DNA of 64,000 nucleotides from assembly GCA_021851715.1 (NCBI GenBank), contig JAJZCR010000002.1, positions 529 through 64,528 on the forward strand, given 5' to 3'. The notes beneath the pieces were generated by a model. The model searched no databases. It was not told where the DNA came from and saw nothing but the letters and a program-made list of their open reading frames with translations. Origin of the DNA: Planctomycetota bacterium (GTDB lineage Bacteria; Planctomycetota; Phycisphaerae; WQYP01). The first letter of the stretch is position 1; the number at the start of each line of letters is the position of its first letter. The translations under genes were made by a program, and so were the position numbers. Of the stretch, positions 35,230 to 45,444 are shown piece after piece.

Positions 35230-36498
35230 CTACGTACCCGAGCAGGTTAAATGCGGCAGCGGGTAACTGCGGGTGAATTCCGTTACCTCGTCACGTACTT
35301 TTTGCAGCACCTGGGCGTCGCCGCCGCTGGACGCGGCCCGGTCAAACCACTCGGCCACTTTTTTCATCTCCGGCTCCTTAAGACCGCGGGTCGTTAACGC
35401 CGGAGTCCCCACGCGGATGCCGGAAGTTTCCATGGCTTTGCGGGTATCAAACGGAACCATGTTTTTATTCACAATAACACCGGCATTTTGCAGCCACAAT
35501 TCCACTGCGGCACCGGTCAAATTCGGGCTTTTGGCCCGCAAATCCACCAGCATCAGATGATTATCCGTGCCCCCGGAAACCAAGCGATACCCATGGCCCA
35601 TCAGGGCCTCGGCCAGGACCTTGGCGTTTTTGAGAATCTGCTCACAATAAGTCTTGAAGGCCGGTTGCTGCGCTTCGCCAAAGGCGGCGGCCTTGGCCGC
35701 GATAATGTGCATCAGCGGTCCGCCCTGCAAACCTGGAAATACCGCCGAATCAAGCTTTTTAGCCCAGTCGGCCTTGCACATGGTCATGCCGGAACGGGGT
35801 CCACGCAGGGTTTTGTGCGTGGTGGTGGTCACAAATTCGCTGTGCGGCACCGGCGACGGGTGCAGGCCGGTGGCCACCAGGCCCGCAAAATGGGCGATAT
35901 CCGCCATCTGCACCGCACCCACTTCATGGGCAATTTCCGCAAATGCCGCGAAATCCCAGAGACGCGGGTAGGCACTTGCGCCGGTGATGATGAGTTTTGG
36001 CTTGCATTCGCGGGCTATGCGCTGCACGTGTGCCATGTCGATGCGTTCAGTTTTCGGATCCAGGGTGTAATGAAACGCCTTGAACCATCGGCCCGATATA
36101 TTCACGGATTTGCCATGGGTGAGATGGCCGCCGTGGTCCAGGTGCAATCCCAAAATGGTGTCGCCGGGATTTAACGCCGCCAGAAAAACCGCCTGATTGG
36201 CCTGCGAGCCGGAATGTGGCTGCACGTTGACATGGTCGCAGCCGAAAAGGGCTTTGGCCCGGTCGCGCGCCAGATTCTCAATCACATCGATGAATTCGCA
36301 GCCGCCGTAGTAGCGTTTGCCGGGGTAGCCTTCCGCGTATTTATTGGTGAGCGGGGTGGCGGCAGCAGCCAGAACCGCCGGAGAAACATGGTTTTCGCTG
36401 GCGATCAGTTCCAGGGTGGAATCCTGGCGGTTTTGTTCCTGGCATATGGCTTGCCAGAGAACCGGATCGGATTGTTCTATCGGATTCATTAAATTCAC
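35230..36498 (-). CDS. glyA: Serine hydroxymethyltransferase
   Basis: The PLP-lysine motif [14 protein letters not shown] is present, and the 422-aa product looks like GlyA along its full length. Confidence 0.95.
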   Translation of the reverse strand: MNLMNPIEQSDPVLWQAICQEQNRQDSTLELIASENHVSPAVLAAAATPLTNKYAEGYPGKRYYGGCEFIDVIENLARDRAKALFGCDHVNVQPHSGSQANQAVFLAALNPGDTILGLHLDHGGHLTHGKSVNISGRWFKAFHYTLDPKTERIDMAHVQRIARECKPKLIITGASAYPRLWDFAAFAEIAHEVGAVQMADIAHFAGLVATGLHPSPVPHSEFVTTTTHKTLRGPRSGMTMCKADWAKKLDSAVFPGLQGGPLMHIIAAKAAAFGEAQQPAFKTYCEQILKNAKVLAEALMGHGYRLVSGGTDNHLMLVDLRAKSPNLTGAAVELWLQNAGVIVNKNMVPFDTRKAMETSGIRVGTPALTTRGLKEPEMKKVAEWFDRAASSGGDAQVLQKVRDEVTEFTRSYPLPHLTCSGT

Positions 36499-36809
36499 CT
36501 TTGCACGACGATTCTCACGGAAGCAAATGGTTCACACCAGGTTATCATCCATGGGAAAAAGTTTATTCTGCGGCAGGATGAGCAAATGGTCAACAACATC
36601 TGTTTTCAGCCGGCGGAAGCCGGCGGATATGTTGCCGGCCATCGGTGCACCGGAACGCCATCTCCAGGGGCAATCAAACCGCCCGGTTGTGCGTTGTATC
36701 TGTTGAAATGGCTTTCTAACGGGAATTTTCTATGCGGGTTCCTGTCCACGCCACTGCGTCGGCATTATCATTACCAGTGTGTGATGGTCGCGGACTAAAG
36801 CCCGCACCG

Positions 36810-37943
36810 ATGACCCCGCAGGAACGTCCGGAGCGCACCTTGCTGAAAAAACGTCTCATCTTGATCCTCAAACTCACCGTCATGGTCGTGGTGTTTCTGT
36901 TTGTGTTTTACAAGCTGCGCGGCGCGTGGCAAACCGTCGGATCCCACCCCATGCATATCGATTGGAGCTTTGCCCCCCTGATCGGTCTGGCTTTTGTGGG
37001 CATTATGGCCACCAATGCCCTGACCTGGCGCTGGCTGGCCTGGCGCATGGGAGATCGCAACAAAACCTTGCCGCTGCTGGGGGCCTACACCTTCAGCCAG
37101 GCGGGAAAATACGCTCCCGGCAAAGTCCTGCTGGTGCTGATGCGCATCGAACGCACCCATCGTCTGGGCATGTCGCGTGAATTGTGCCTGCTTTCCACTC
37201 TGGTCGAAAATGCCATGTACAGCCTCTCCGGAGGCTTGGTGGGGGCCATCGCCCTGATGTTCATTGCCCGTGATCATCCGCTGTACCTGGTTTTATGCGG
37301 CCTGATGATTGTCGGTTTGCTGACGTTGTTTCATCCCAGGATTTTTTTTAGCATCGTCAATGCCGCCTTAAAATCCATGAAACGCGGGCCTATTCCGCCG
37401 AGTCGGCATTTCCGCAAGTTTGACATGGCTTGCGCGGTGCTGATGTTTATGCCGTCCTGGCTTTTCGGAGGCTTTGGGCTTTGGTCGGCGATACATTGTG
37501 TACACGGCGTGGCGGCACTGGAAATTTTTCCGCTGGCCGGTATTTTTGGTCTTTCCGTTACCCTTGGCATGTTAAGCATGTTTCCCGGCGGCTTGGGCGT
37601 GCGCGAAGCGGTGCAGGCCCTGTTTTTAATGCCCATCGTTCATTCGGCGGAACTGATTGTGGTGGCTGTGGCCCTGCCGCGGGTTTTTCAGATTACCGTG
37701 GAGCTGACGCTGGCCATTCTCGGAGGCATTGTCTCCTCCCGCTATGGATTACCGGTAAGCCCGTCGGCTCACGCTCCCCTTGAGGTTGCCGGTGTCGCCG
37801 CGCCACGCGCGACCGGCTCCGCCCCTGTTGCCGAAGCCCCTCAAACATTGACTGACAGCGAAGCAGGCGACCCCAACGTAAGAAGGGCCAAGATCTGTGG
37901 GTCAGAGTTACGATCCGTACCTGGCCCCGGAGGGCCGGTTTAG
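36810..37943 (+). CDS. Polytopic membrane protein, UPF0104 / lysylphosphatidylglycerol-synthase-TM (flippase-like) family
   Basis: It has multiple TM helices, and the motif SQAGKYAPGKV resembles the family's K-Y-x-P-G signature. The start was moved to ATG 36810 (MTPQERPERTLLKKRL...). The family assignment is by recollection only. Confidence 0.55.
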   Translation: MTPQERPERTLLKKRLILILKLTVMVVVFLFVFYKLRGAWQTVGSHPMHIDWSFAPLIGLAFVGIMATNALTWRWLAWRMGDRNKTLPLLGAYTFSQAGKYAPGKVLLVLMRIERTHRLGMSRELCLLSTLVENAMYSLSGGLVGAIALMFIARDHPLYLVLCGLMIVGLLTLFHPRIFFSIVNAALKSMKRGPIPPSRHFRKFDMACAVLMFMPSWLFGGFGLWSAIHCVHGVAALEIFPLAGIFGLSVTLGMLSMFPGGLGVREAVQALFLMPIVHSAELIVVAVALPRVFQITVELTLAILGGIVSSRYGLPVSPSAHAPLEVAGVAAPRATGSAPVAEAPQTLTDSEAGDPNVRRAKICGSELRSVPGPGGPV

Positions 37944-38028
37944 GCTTGCTCCATCAGTAGCTGGGAGGGTTCAGGGGCAACATCGGGCGTCATGGGAAAC
38001 TTTTCGCGGCCGATTTATTCGCCGGTCC

Positions 38029-39129
38029 TTAACGTAGCTGTGTTACCGCCAACAGCGTACCACCGCCGATGAGCGCCCAGAGCAGCACGCCTTGTAGCAG
38101 CGGTTTGAAACCCACCGTCGCCAGCGTACGGCGCGATAAGCCCGCCCCGATCAGGAATAACGTCAGCGTCAGACCAACCGTGCTGATCCGGCTGATGGCC
38201 GGATCCACCGTCTGCATCCCCGGCACAAAATTCTTGACCACACACGCAACCAAAAACAAGCCGATAAACCACGGTATTTGGATTTTCCCCCGCGGACCGG
38301 TATGGTTCGGATCCGCAGCGCGGCGCTCCCGCCCGGCCACCCACGCCACTGCCAGCGACACCGGCACAATCCATAAGGCACGCGAGAGTTTTACCGCCGT
38401 GCCAGTGGTCAGAGCCAGTGGTCCATACCGATTGCACGCCGCCACCACCGAGGAAATATCGTGGATCGATATGCCCGCCCATACGCCGAACTGATGCTGG
38501 CTCAGATTCAGTGCGTGCCCAATAGGCACAAATAAAAACAGGGCTACGGCATTCAACAAAAATACGGTTCCCATAGCCACAGTCATCTGTTCTTCCGGAG
38601 CATCGAGGACGGTGCCGACCGCCGCGATCGCCGAACCGCCGCAAATGGCCGTTCCCACCGAAATGAGCATGGACGCGTGCGAATCGATTTTGAGCCAGCG
38701 CCCCAGAAAATAGCCGGCCACCAGCGTTACCGCAATGCTGATGACGGCAAACACCGCTCCATCAGCACCGGCCTGCAGCACAGCATGGAGATTCATGGTT
38801 AATCCGAGCAGTACAACGCAAATCTGCAATAAAACCTTGGCTGTTCGATGGCCCAGCCGATGAAATGGATGACCGATCGACAGCGACAAGGCCATTCCCA
38901 AAGCCAGCGCCAGGGCCGGCGAGGCCCAGACCGTGAGGCACCAGCCGATGGCCAGAGCAAAAATAACCCAGCGCAGTTGCGACCGAAGCTCCTCGCTGCG
39001 TTGAAACCAGAGCTTGAGATAGGACTTGGCCGAACCGATTGGAGATTCTTTAACCGCAACATCCTGGCCGATAACCGGCGGGGGCAGATGGCGCGGCATT
39101 TCGTCGGACTGCAATGGTGGTGGATACAT
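38029..39129 (-). CDS. YeiH/UPF0324-family putative sulfate-exporter-type membrane transporter
   Basis: It has about 10 TM segments. It is divergently paired with a LysR regulator, as in the yeiE-yeiH arrangement. The family assignment is by eye. Confidence 0.65.
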   Translation of the reverse strand: MYPPPLQSDEMPRHLPPPVIGQDVAVKESPIGSAKSYLKLWFQRSEELRSQLRWVIFALAIGWCLTVWASPALALALGMALSLSIGHPFHRLGHRTAKVLLQICVVLLGLTMNLHAVLQAGADGAVFAVISIAVTLVAGYFLGRWLKIDSHASMLISVGTAICGGSAIAAVGTVLDAPEEQMTVAMGTVFLLNAVALFLFVPIGHALNLSQHQFGVWAGISIHDISSVVAACNRYGPLALTTGTAVKLSRALWIVPVSLAVAWVAGRERRAADPNHTGPRGKIQIPWFIGLFLVACVVKNFVPGMQTVDPAISRISTVGLTLTLFLIGAGLSRRTLATVGFKPLLQGVLLWALIGGGTLLAVTQLR

Positions 39130-39202
39130 GAATAATTCTCCGTACCTCGGCCAAGCCCTATTGCCGGGCCGAAGGTCAAAGAGTACCCATTATCCGTTCA
39201 TT

Positions 39203-39219
39203 ACACCAAGGCATTGTGT
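39203..39219. promoter_or_regulatory. Interrupted dyad ACAC-N9-GTGT in the LysR/YeiH divergent intergenic region (candidate LysR box)
   Basis: The sequence is acaccaaggcattgtgt, 30 nt upstream of the LysR start. It matches the loose dyad architecture of LysR sites. There is no further support. Confidence 0.25.
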
Positions 39220-39248
39220 TTATATCACCTATGCTGTAATATTATGCC

Positions 39249-40244
39249 ATGGAAATGAACCGAAACCATCTGGCGATTTTTCAGGCGGTGGCGGAAAAAG
39301 GCAGCTTCAGCCGGGCCGCGGAGGCGTTGGAAATCAGCCAGCCGGCGGTTTCCCGTCAGGTGGCGGAATTGGAATCCAAGCTGGGGTTACGGTTGCTCGA
39401 TCGCCTGCCGCGCGGAACTTGCCTTACGCAGGCGGGGATTCTTCTTTCGCAATATGTAGCTCAGATTCAGGCTTTGGAAAAAAACGCCGCCGCGGCCATG
39501 GCTGAAATGCGTGGTCTTAGCAGCGGTCGGATAACCATTGGGGCCAGCACCACCATTGGGGCGTATTTGTTGCCGCCGCTGGTGGCCGAATTTTCCCGCC
39601 GGAATCCACGCATTGAAGTGGAGATTCGCATTGACAACACGCAGGTTATTCAACAGGCTTTGCTGGCGGGTAATCTGCACATCGCCTTCACCGAAGGATT
39701 TGCCGAAGATCCGCATCTGCGGGCGACGGTATTTTATACGGACGAACTGGTGGCTATTGTACCGCCGGGACATGCGCTGCTGAAATTGCCGCACGTGAAC
39801 TTGAAGCAATTTCTGGCCGAGCCGCTGATTTTAAGGGAAACGGGCTCGGGCACACGGGCGGTGATCGAAAGCTACATGGCCCGCGCCGGGGTGGTGCTTA
39901 AGCCGAAGTTGGAGCTGACCAGCACGGAAGCCATCAAACATCTGGTGATGGCGGGGGTGGGGGTGGCCATCGTATCCGGGTTGACGGTGCAACTGGAAAT
40001 CGCCTCCGGCCAACTCAAATCTCTGCCGATCCAAGATTGCCGCATACAGCGGCCTTTGCACCAGCTTCTGGCATCCAACCGCTGGTCCGGCCCGGCGATG
40101 CAGGCATTTCTAAAAATGCTGGCCCAGAAACGCTACGCGGCGGAGATGGCCCAGCCGGCCAATGCGTTAGCCAGCGGCCGTAACGAAAATTCCACAGCTC
40201 GGCCGCCGGCCGCAGCCAAGGCTAAGTTCAGGAAAAGCTCGTGA
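39249..40244 (+). CDS. LysR-family transcriptional regulator
   Basis: The N-terminal wHTH reads FQAVAEKGSFSRAAEALEISQPAVSRQVAELE, followed by a LysR substrate-binding-like remainder. Confidence 0.9.
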   Translation: MEMNRNHLAIFQAVAEKGSFSRAAEALEISQPAVSRQVAELESKLGLRLLDRLPRGTCLTQAGILLSQYVAQIQALEKNAAAAMAEMRGLSSGRITIGASTTIGAYLLPPLVAEFSRRNPRIEVEIRIDNTQVIQQALLAGNLHIAFTEGFAEDPHLRATVFYTDELVAIVPPGHALLKLPHVNLKQFLAEPLILRETGSGTRAVIESYMARAGVVLKPKLELTSTEAIKHLVMAGVGVAIVSGLTVQLEIASGQLKSLPIQDCRIQRPLHQLLASNRWSGPAMQAFLKMLAQKRYAAEMAQPANALASGRNENSTARPPAAAKAKFRKSS

Positions 40245-40501
40245 CGGGTGCCGGCCTGATGAAAATACCCGCGTGGAATTCATCCTATTTGTGCTGCGCA
40301 TGCCAAGGTGCGTTGGCGTTGGAGAAAACGCAAGACGGTAGAAGACGGCCTCATGGGAACAGTCAATCAAATATAAAAGCCCCGGCGCACCCCTGCGTCC
40401 CCCGGTGCGTCTGTGCGCGGGTGGGCGGCGGTGTAGTGGCAGTGGCGGGCGATGAATATTCCCTGTGCCGTTATTCTACATTTCCGTTATAATTTGCCAG
40501 A

Positions 40502-40517
40502 CCCGACGGCCGTCGGG
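40502..40517. promoter_or_regulatory. Perfect 16-bp palindrome (candidate operator) between a TATAAT box and the cassette RBS
   Basis: cccgacggccgtcggg is self-complementary. TATAAT lies at 40488-40493 and AAGGAG at 40571-40576, 7 nt before the GTG at 40584. Confidence 0.3.
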
Positions 40518-40583
40518 GCCGCCACACGTCCTGACAGCCATCGGGATTCGGTGGCGCATTAGAGAAGTAAAAGGAGTCTATTT

Positions 40584-41273
40584 GTGAGCGATCCCGTGGT
40601 GAGTCCATTATTAACGAATATGGAGGGATGGCAATTGTATATCGGTGGTGCGATGAATCCGGCCATTCATCATCCCGCCTGGTATAACCTTGTGGGTCTC
40701 ATCACGGACGAACAAATGAAAACAGCCATGGCGGGGCGGCCGACGAGCGGTCCGGTCTTGTCATCGTTCGCTTTTGAAGAGCTACAGATAACATGCCATC
40801 CAACCGTATGGAATATCGCCAGCGCCAAGGTGGATGATCTGGATAGGCCTGTAAAAATTGCGTCGGAATTATTTGATACACATCTCCCCCAGACACCGAT
40901 ACAGAACTACGGTTTTATATTTTCGTTTCATGCGGCGGCGCGCTTTACCGGTGGTGTTGGCGTTGGCTTGGCCAAGGTCATGAAGAACGCCAACTTGGGG
41001 CTGGACCCACCGTTGGGATCTTTAACCCGCTTTATGCACACAAGTCCGCAGCTTACAGTGTTGGTCGAGCCGTCGCAGCGCGATCCCGGTCGAATTTATC
41101 TGTATTATCAGACAAATTACGTGATTAGTTCGGAAATGGATGGCACGGGTAAGCCTGTTTTCAAGGCATTTTCCATTGGCCCCAAGCTTAAAGACCAGGT
41201 GACTATCGACTGTGATGCTGTAAAATCACGTTTACAACATATCATATCCGGGATAGAATCCATGCAGGAGTAA
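40584..41273 (+). CDS. Hypothetical protein (229 aa), first gene of an AT-richer three-gene cassette
   Basis: The GTG start has a strong SD (AAGGAG, 7-nt spacing). I recognise no motif. Confidence 0.6.
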   Translation: MSDPVVSPLLTNMEGWQLYIGGAMNPAIHHPAWYNLVGLITDEQMKTAMAGRPTSGPVLSSFAFEELQITCHPTVWNIASAKVDDLDRPVKIASELFDTHLPQTPIQNYGFIFSFHAAARFTGGVGVGLAKVMKNANLGLDPPLGSLTRFMHTSPQLTVLVEPSQRDPGRIYLYYQTNYVISSEMDGTGKPVFKAFSIGPKLKDQVTIDCDAVKSRLQHIISGIESMQE

Positions 41274-41278
41274 ACATC

Positions 41279-41950
41279 ATGGCCTTATTGATTCCCCGTG
41301 ATCTTTATAAAGAAATAAACGAGCCGGCCATGCCAGTGGAAGCGGCTGCAATGGTCTCCGCGAACCGCTCCGGGGATCGCGGCGGCGCTGGGCCTGAGGC
41401 GATGGATTTCTTCGATATACCAGGGATACCGGCACCCAACACGCCGAATCCGGAAACCTTGTTTCACGCGATGGAAGAAAATCTGGGGCCATATTGCCAC
41501 GCGCGCGGGATAAAGGAACAGACAGATAAATGGAAGTTGACGGGCGTGGAGGGCTCGCAATGGCTGATTGCACGTGTTGCCGAAGAAACCGACTTGGAAA
41601 CTCTGGACCGGGCAGCCATGATATTAAGTGAAATCGGCGAACCGGCGATGGGGCCGGTCATTAATTGGTTAAATTCCCACATTGATGATGAACTGCAATG
41701 TGCGCTGCTGCAAGCGGTAGCTTGGATGGCTGATCCACTGGTTGAACGCCATCGTGATGAAATGACGCGCATTATTGAAGATAAATTGCAATCGTCATGC
41801 GCGGATGTTCGCGAAAAAGCCATTGCGGCGGCCTTGCGCCTGCCAAAAAATTCGGCCCTTCGCATACTGCAGGATGCATATAAACGAGAAGCTCACGAGC
41901 AACTCAAGGGCATCATCGAGGGTGCCTGCTCCGATTTAACTTCGGAGTAA
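41279..41950 (+). CDS. Hypothetical protein with HEAT/armadillo-like helical repeats (223 aa)
   Basis: The SD GCAGGAG lies before the ATG. Helical-repeat-like segments include DELQCALLQAVAWMADPLV and DVREKAIAAALRLPKNSALRILQDAY. Confidence 0.6.
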   Translation: MALLIPRDLYKEINEPAMPVEAAAMVSANRSGDRGGAGPEAMDFFDIPGIPAPNTPNPETLFHAMEENLGPYCHARGIKEQTDKWKLTGVEGSQWLIARVAEETDLETLDRAAMILSEIGEPAMGPVINWLNSHIDDELQCALLQAVAWMADPLVERHRDEMTRIIEDKLQSSCADVREKAIAAALRLPKNSALRILQDAYKREAHEQLKGIIEGACSDLTSE

Positions 41951-41956
41951 ACGTTG

Positions 41957-42460
41957 ATGTATTGGCTGATTCGGTCGGTCCGCGCCAGCCGTTGGAGAAA
42001 CGGCGCCGAATCCACCATCTCAGATGAGAAGTTACAAAGTGCCGCCGCGGATTTGACACCAAGACCGCGGGACAATGGCGGCTTATCGGTTTACGCGGTG
42101 AGCGATGATCGAGACGAAAAATTCACTGGAATATTGCACGTTGTGTTGCTCCGGAAGCCGGAGACGGTACACTTTCTGCGGATTCAACCCCACCAGCTTA
42201 CCGCACTCAATCTCGAGATTAAGTGCGAGTCTTCTCCGGATCAACATCCTCATCTTAGGGAGCGGCATAGAAATATTTACGGACTTGATGACACCCACCT
42301 TCGCGAACGGCTGGCGCACGCAATTTTATCTGGCACCCCACGGCTGTTGACCCTCACCAGCGGCGAAATTAAATCTGAAGGACGAAAGCTTCTTAAGCAA
42401 TCGGATTATGCCGGTTATGTGGCGTTTCCCGCCGAATACCAGCAGGCAAACCGTCTTTGA
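41957..42460 (+). CDS. Hypothetical protein (167 aa), third gene of the cassette
   Basis: GGAG lies 9 nt upstream of ATG 41957 (TTG 41954 is an alternative start). I recognise no motif. Confidence 0.55.
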   Translation: MYWLIRSVRASRWRNGAESTISDEKLQSAAADLTPRPRDNGGLSVYAVSDDRDEKFTGILHVVLLRKPETVHFLRIQPHQLTALNLEIKCESSPDQHPHLRERHRNIYGLDDTHLRERLAHAILSGTPRLLTLTSGEIKSEGRKLLKQSDYAGYVAFPAEYQQANRL

Positions 42461-42602
42461 GATGCTCCTGCGGCGGCGTCGGCGACTACGCGTCAGCAAG
42501 CACCGTGATGATAATCCGGTGGTTGGCTTGCTCATGAGCGCAAACCCCCGCACTACCATGGCGGGGCTTGTGCGTCAGCGAGGCTCGCGAACGGGTGGGC
42601 CT

Positions 42603-43226
42603 TTATGTATGATAATCCACATTGATCGTGATGTACTGGCGCGATAGGTCGCACGTATGGACTTTGCAGCCGCAGCCGCCATTCGTGCCCAGATCCACCG
42701 AAATAGTCACCTCGGGGAGCCGCATCAGTTGTTGAACTTTTTCTAAATCGGCGGCGGCCGGGCGGCCATTCTTAAATACACTAATGCTTCCCACCCGGCA
42801 GCCGGCGCGCTCCACGCGCATGGCGGCACTGATGAACCGGCGCCAATTGGGATCGCCGCCGCGGATGGCGGTTTTCACCAGCGGGCTGTTGGCGATGGCC
42901 ATGGCCGCTTTGCGGGCGTCCGCGGCGGAAGCGGTGCCGGCCACCACCACCCGCACCAGCTTGGTGGTGCCTTCGCCATCGGCGGCAATCTGCCGGGAGA
43001 GCGAATCACAGGCCTCCCATAGCGCCGCATAAAACTTCTTCCCCTGCCCCTGGCCGCTTTGCAGGATGCGATTACCCGCCAGACCGTTGGCCAGGCACAC
43101 AAATGTATCGCTGGTGCTGGTGTGCGCATCGACTGTAACGCAGTAAAAGGTCTGCGTGGCCACCGGCGCAACATTTTGACGCATCGGCACCACACCATTT
43201 TCCACCAAAATCAGCACTATGTTCAT
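42603..43226 (-). pseudogene. argJ: argJ remnant: only the C-terminal (beta-chain) half of ornithine acetyltransferase/N-acetylglutamate synthase
   Basis: ArgJ-like segments are VDAHTSTSDTFVCLANGLAGN, DGEGTTKLVRVVVAGTASAADARKAAMAIANSPLVKTAI.GGDPNW and the C-terminal YITINVDYHT. The ~190-aa alpha-chain part is missing. The ligA start lies only 52 nt upstream. Confidence 0.55.
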
Positions 43227-43277
43227 CAGTCCGGTGCCGGGCTGGCCGTGCCGGCCAAACAGGGTTATAAATCACGG

Positions 43278-45335
43278 ATGGTTTTGGATATTCAACAGCA
43301 ATTGCGGAACTTGCGCCGGCAAATTCGCCATCATGATCGGATGTATTATCAACTGGCTCAGCCGGAGATTTCCGATGCCCAATATGATGCTCTTTTCAAA
43401 GAACTCCAAACGCTGGAGGCGCAGCATCCTGAATTGATCACGCCCGATTCTCCCACGCAGCGCGTGGCGGGGCAACCGATAACAGGTTTTACCCCGGTGC
43501 GGCACCGCATCGCCATGATCTCCATTGACAATACATACACCGAAGAGGACCTGCTGGCCTTTGACAGCCGGGTCAGAAAATTGCTGGAAGGCCGGCCCTT
43601 CACGTACGTTTGTGAGCCGAAAATTGATGGCGTTTCCCTGTCGCTCCGCTATGAAAACGGCATCCTGACCGTGGCGGCCACCCGCGGGGACGGCAACACC
43701 GGTGATGATGTCACGGTCAACGCCCGCACTATACGTAACATTCCGCTGCGCCTGGAACCGCCGGAAGCCGCCGTGCGCGCATTTGATTTTCCCCGGGCTA
43801 TACCGCCGGTGGTGGAAATCCGCGGAGAGGTGTTTTTGTCCCGGTCCCAGTTTCTGGCCATCAACCAGCAGCAGCAGCAGGACGATGCCGAACTTTATGC
43901 CAATCCGCGCAATACCGCCGCCGGCACGCTGAAGCTTTTAGATCCCCGTATTGTGGCGGCCCGCAAGCTGGATTTTTTTCCTCACGGACAGGGCGTCGTG
44001 GAAGGGGTTAGCTTTACCAGCTACCGGCAATGGCTGGCGTGGCTGGCGGCCGTCGGAATGCCCATGCCCCCGCAGGTCACCGTCGCCGCGGACATTCATG
44101 CCGTCATGGCGTTTATCCGGCAATTTGCCCAGATCAAGAAGAACCTGCCGTTCGATACCGATGGAGTGGTCATCAAGCTCGACGATTTTGGGCAGCGTAC
44201 GCTTTTGGGGACTACCGCCCGGGCACCGCGATGGTGCATAGCCTTCAAGTATCAGCCGGAGCAGGCGCAAACCGAACTGGCCCGCGTGGTCTTTCAGGTG
44301 GGAAAAACCGGTACCATTACCCCGGTGGCGGAATTTGAACCGCCGGTATTTATCAGCGGCACCCAGGTGTATCGCGCCAGCCTGCATAATTTTGATGAAA
44401 TCGCCCGCAAAGATTTGCAACTCCACGATCAGGTAATGGTCGAAAAAGCCGGCGAAGTCATTCCTTATGTGGTGGGCCATGTGCCGGCTGCCGGGCCCGC
44501 CCACGCCACAGCCATTACCGCACCTGTGGAATGTCCGGCGTGTCACGGGGCCGTGGTGCGGGAGGGAGGCTTTGTGCGCTGTATCAATGTTGACTGCCCG
44601 GCGCAACTGGCCCAGCGACTGCGGTTCTTCGGTGGCCGCAACCAGATGGATATTGAAAATCTCGGCCCGGCGATTATTGATCAACTGGTGGCCACGGGCA
44701 AAGTGAAATCCGTGGCGGATTTATACCGTTTGCAACTTGATGATTTGCTGGCTCTGGAGCGGATGGGGGAAAAATCGGCCCGCGGCCTGTTGGCGGCCAT
44801 TGAGGCCAGCAAATCCGCTGGGCTGGAGCGCCTGCTTTCCGGCCTGGGCATTTTACATGTGGGCACACGTACAGCCGCTGTTTTGGCCCGGCACTTTCCC
44901 AGTATCGACGCTTTGGCCGGGGCCAGCGTGCAACAGTTGCAGGCGGTGCCGGATATCGGACCGGTGGTGGGGGCATCGATCCATGATTTTCTTCATGTCC
45001 GCGGCGGGCTGAAACTGCTGCGGGAATTGGCGTCGCTGGGTGTGGCCACGGGCGCGGTCCGGGCTGCGGGGGCCGCCCCGGTCGGCGGGGCCTTGGCCGG
45101 TAAAACGGTGGTGGTGACGGGTACGCTGAAACACTTTACCCGCCACCAGATCAACGAGTTTATTGCGGCGCACGGCGGCGTGCCCGCGGACGCCGTTACC
45201 AAAAAAACCTCTCTGGTGCTGGCCGGAGCGGAGGCCGGATCCAAGCTGGAAAAAGCCCGTAAACTCGGCGTTGCCATCATCGACGAAGAGACGCTGCTGA
45301 AAATGACCGGTGCCGCACCATCACCGGGCCAATAG
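43278..45335 (+). CDS. ligA: NAD-dependent DNA ligase
   Basis: The adenylation motif is CEPKIDGVS. The Zn finger reads CPACHGAVVREGGFVRCINVDCPAQ, followed by HhH and a C-terminal BRCT (GKTVVVTGTL). The start is set at ATG 43278 (685 aa) rather than the track's 43059. Confidence 0.95.
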   Translation: MVLDIQQQLRNLRRQIRHHDRMYYQLAQPEISDAQYDALFKELQTLEAQHPELITPDSPTQRVAGQPITGFTPVRHRIAMISIDNTYTEEDLLAFDSRVRKLLEGRPFTYVCEPKIDGVSLSLRYENGILTVAATRGDGNTGDDVTVNARTIRNIPLRLEPPEAAVRAFDFPRAIPPVVEIRGEVFLSRSQFLAINQQQQQDDAELYANPRNTAAGTLKLLDPRIVAARKLDFFPHGQGVVEGVSFTSYRQWLAWLAAVGMPMPPQVTVAADIHAVMAFIRQFAQIKKNLPFDTDGVVIKLDDFGQRTLLGTTARAPRWCIAFKYQPEQAQTELARVVFQVGKTGTITPVAEFEPPVFISGTQVYRASLHNFDEIARKDLQLHDQVMVEKAGEVIPYVVGHVPAAGPAHATAITAPVECPACHGAVVREGGFVRCINVDCPAQLAQRLRFFGGRNQMDIENLGPAIIDQLVATGKVKSVADLYRLQLDDLLALERMGEKSARGLLAAIEASKSAGLERLLSGLGILHVGTRTAAVLARHFPSIDALAGASVQQLQAVPDIGPVVGASIHDFLHVRGGLKLLRELASLGVATGAVRAAGAAPVGGALAGKTVVVTGTLKHFTRHQINEFIAAHGGVPADAVTKKTSLVLAGAEAGSKLEKARKLGVAIIDEETLLKMTGAAPSPGQ

Positions 45336-45444
45336 TACTCCCACGGTCTTTAGGCGCAAGAATATGAGGACGGCTGGCTGGTGATACGTACTGGAAAAGA
45401 TGGCCGAATTCGAATTGTCGGCGGAGATGCCAATGGAAGCGCCC

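Noticed and set aside
43059-43277. The 73-codon N-terminal extension of ligA (track ORF 43059-45335).
   Set aside because: The extension overlaps the argJ remnant on the opposite strand and is His/Arg-rich. ATG 43278 yields a 685-aa LigA that begins with the expected coiled N-terminal Ia domain (…LRRQIRHHDRMYYQLAQPEISDAQYD).
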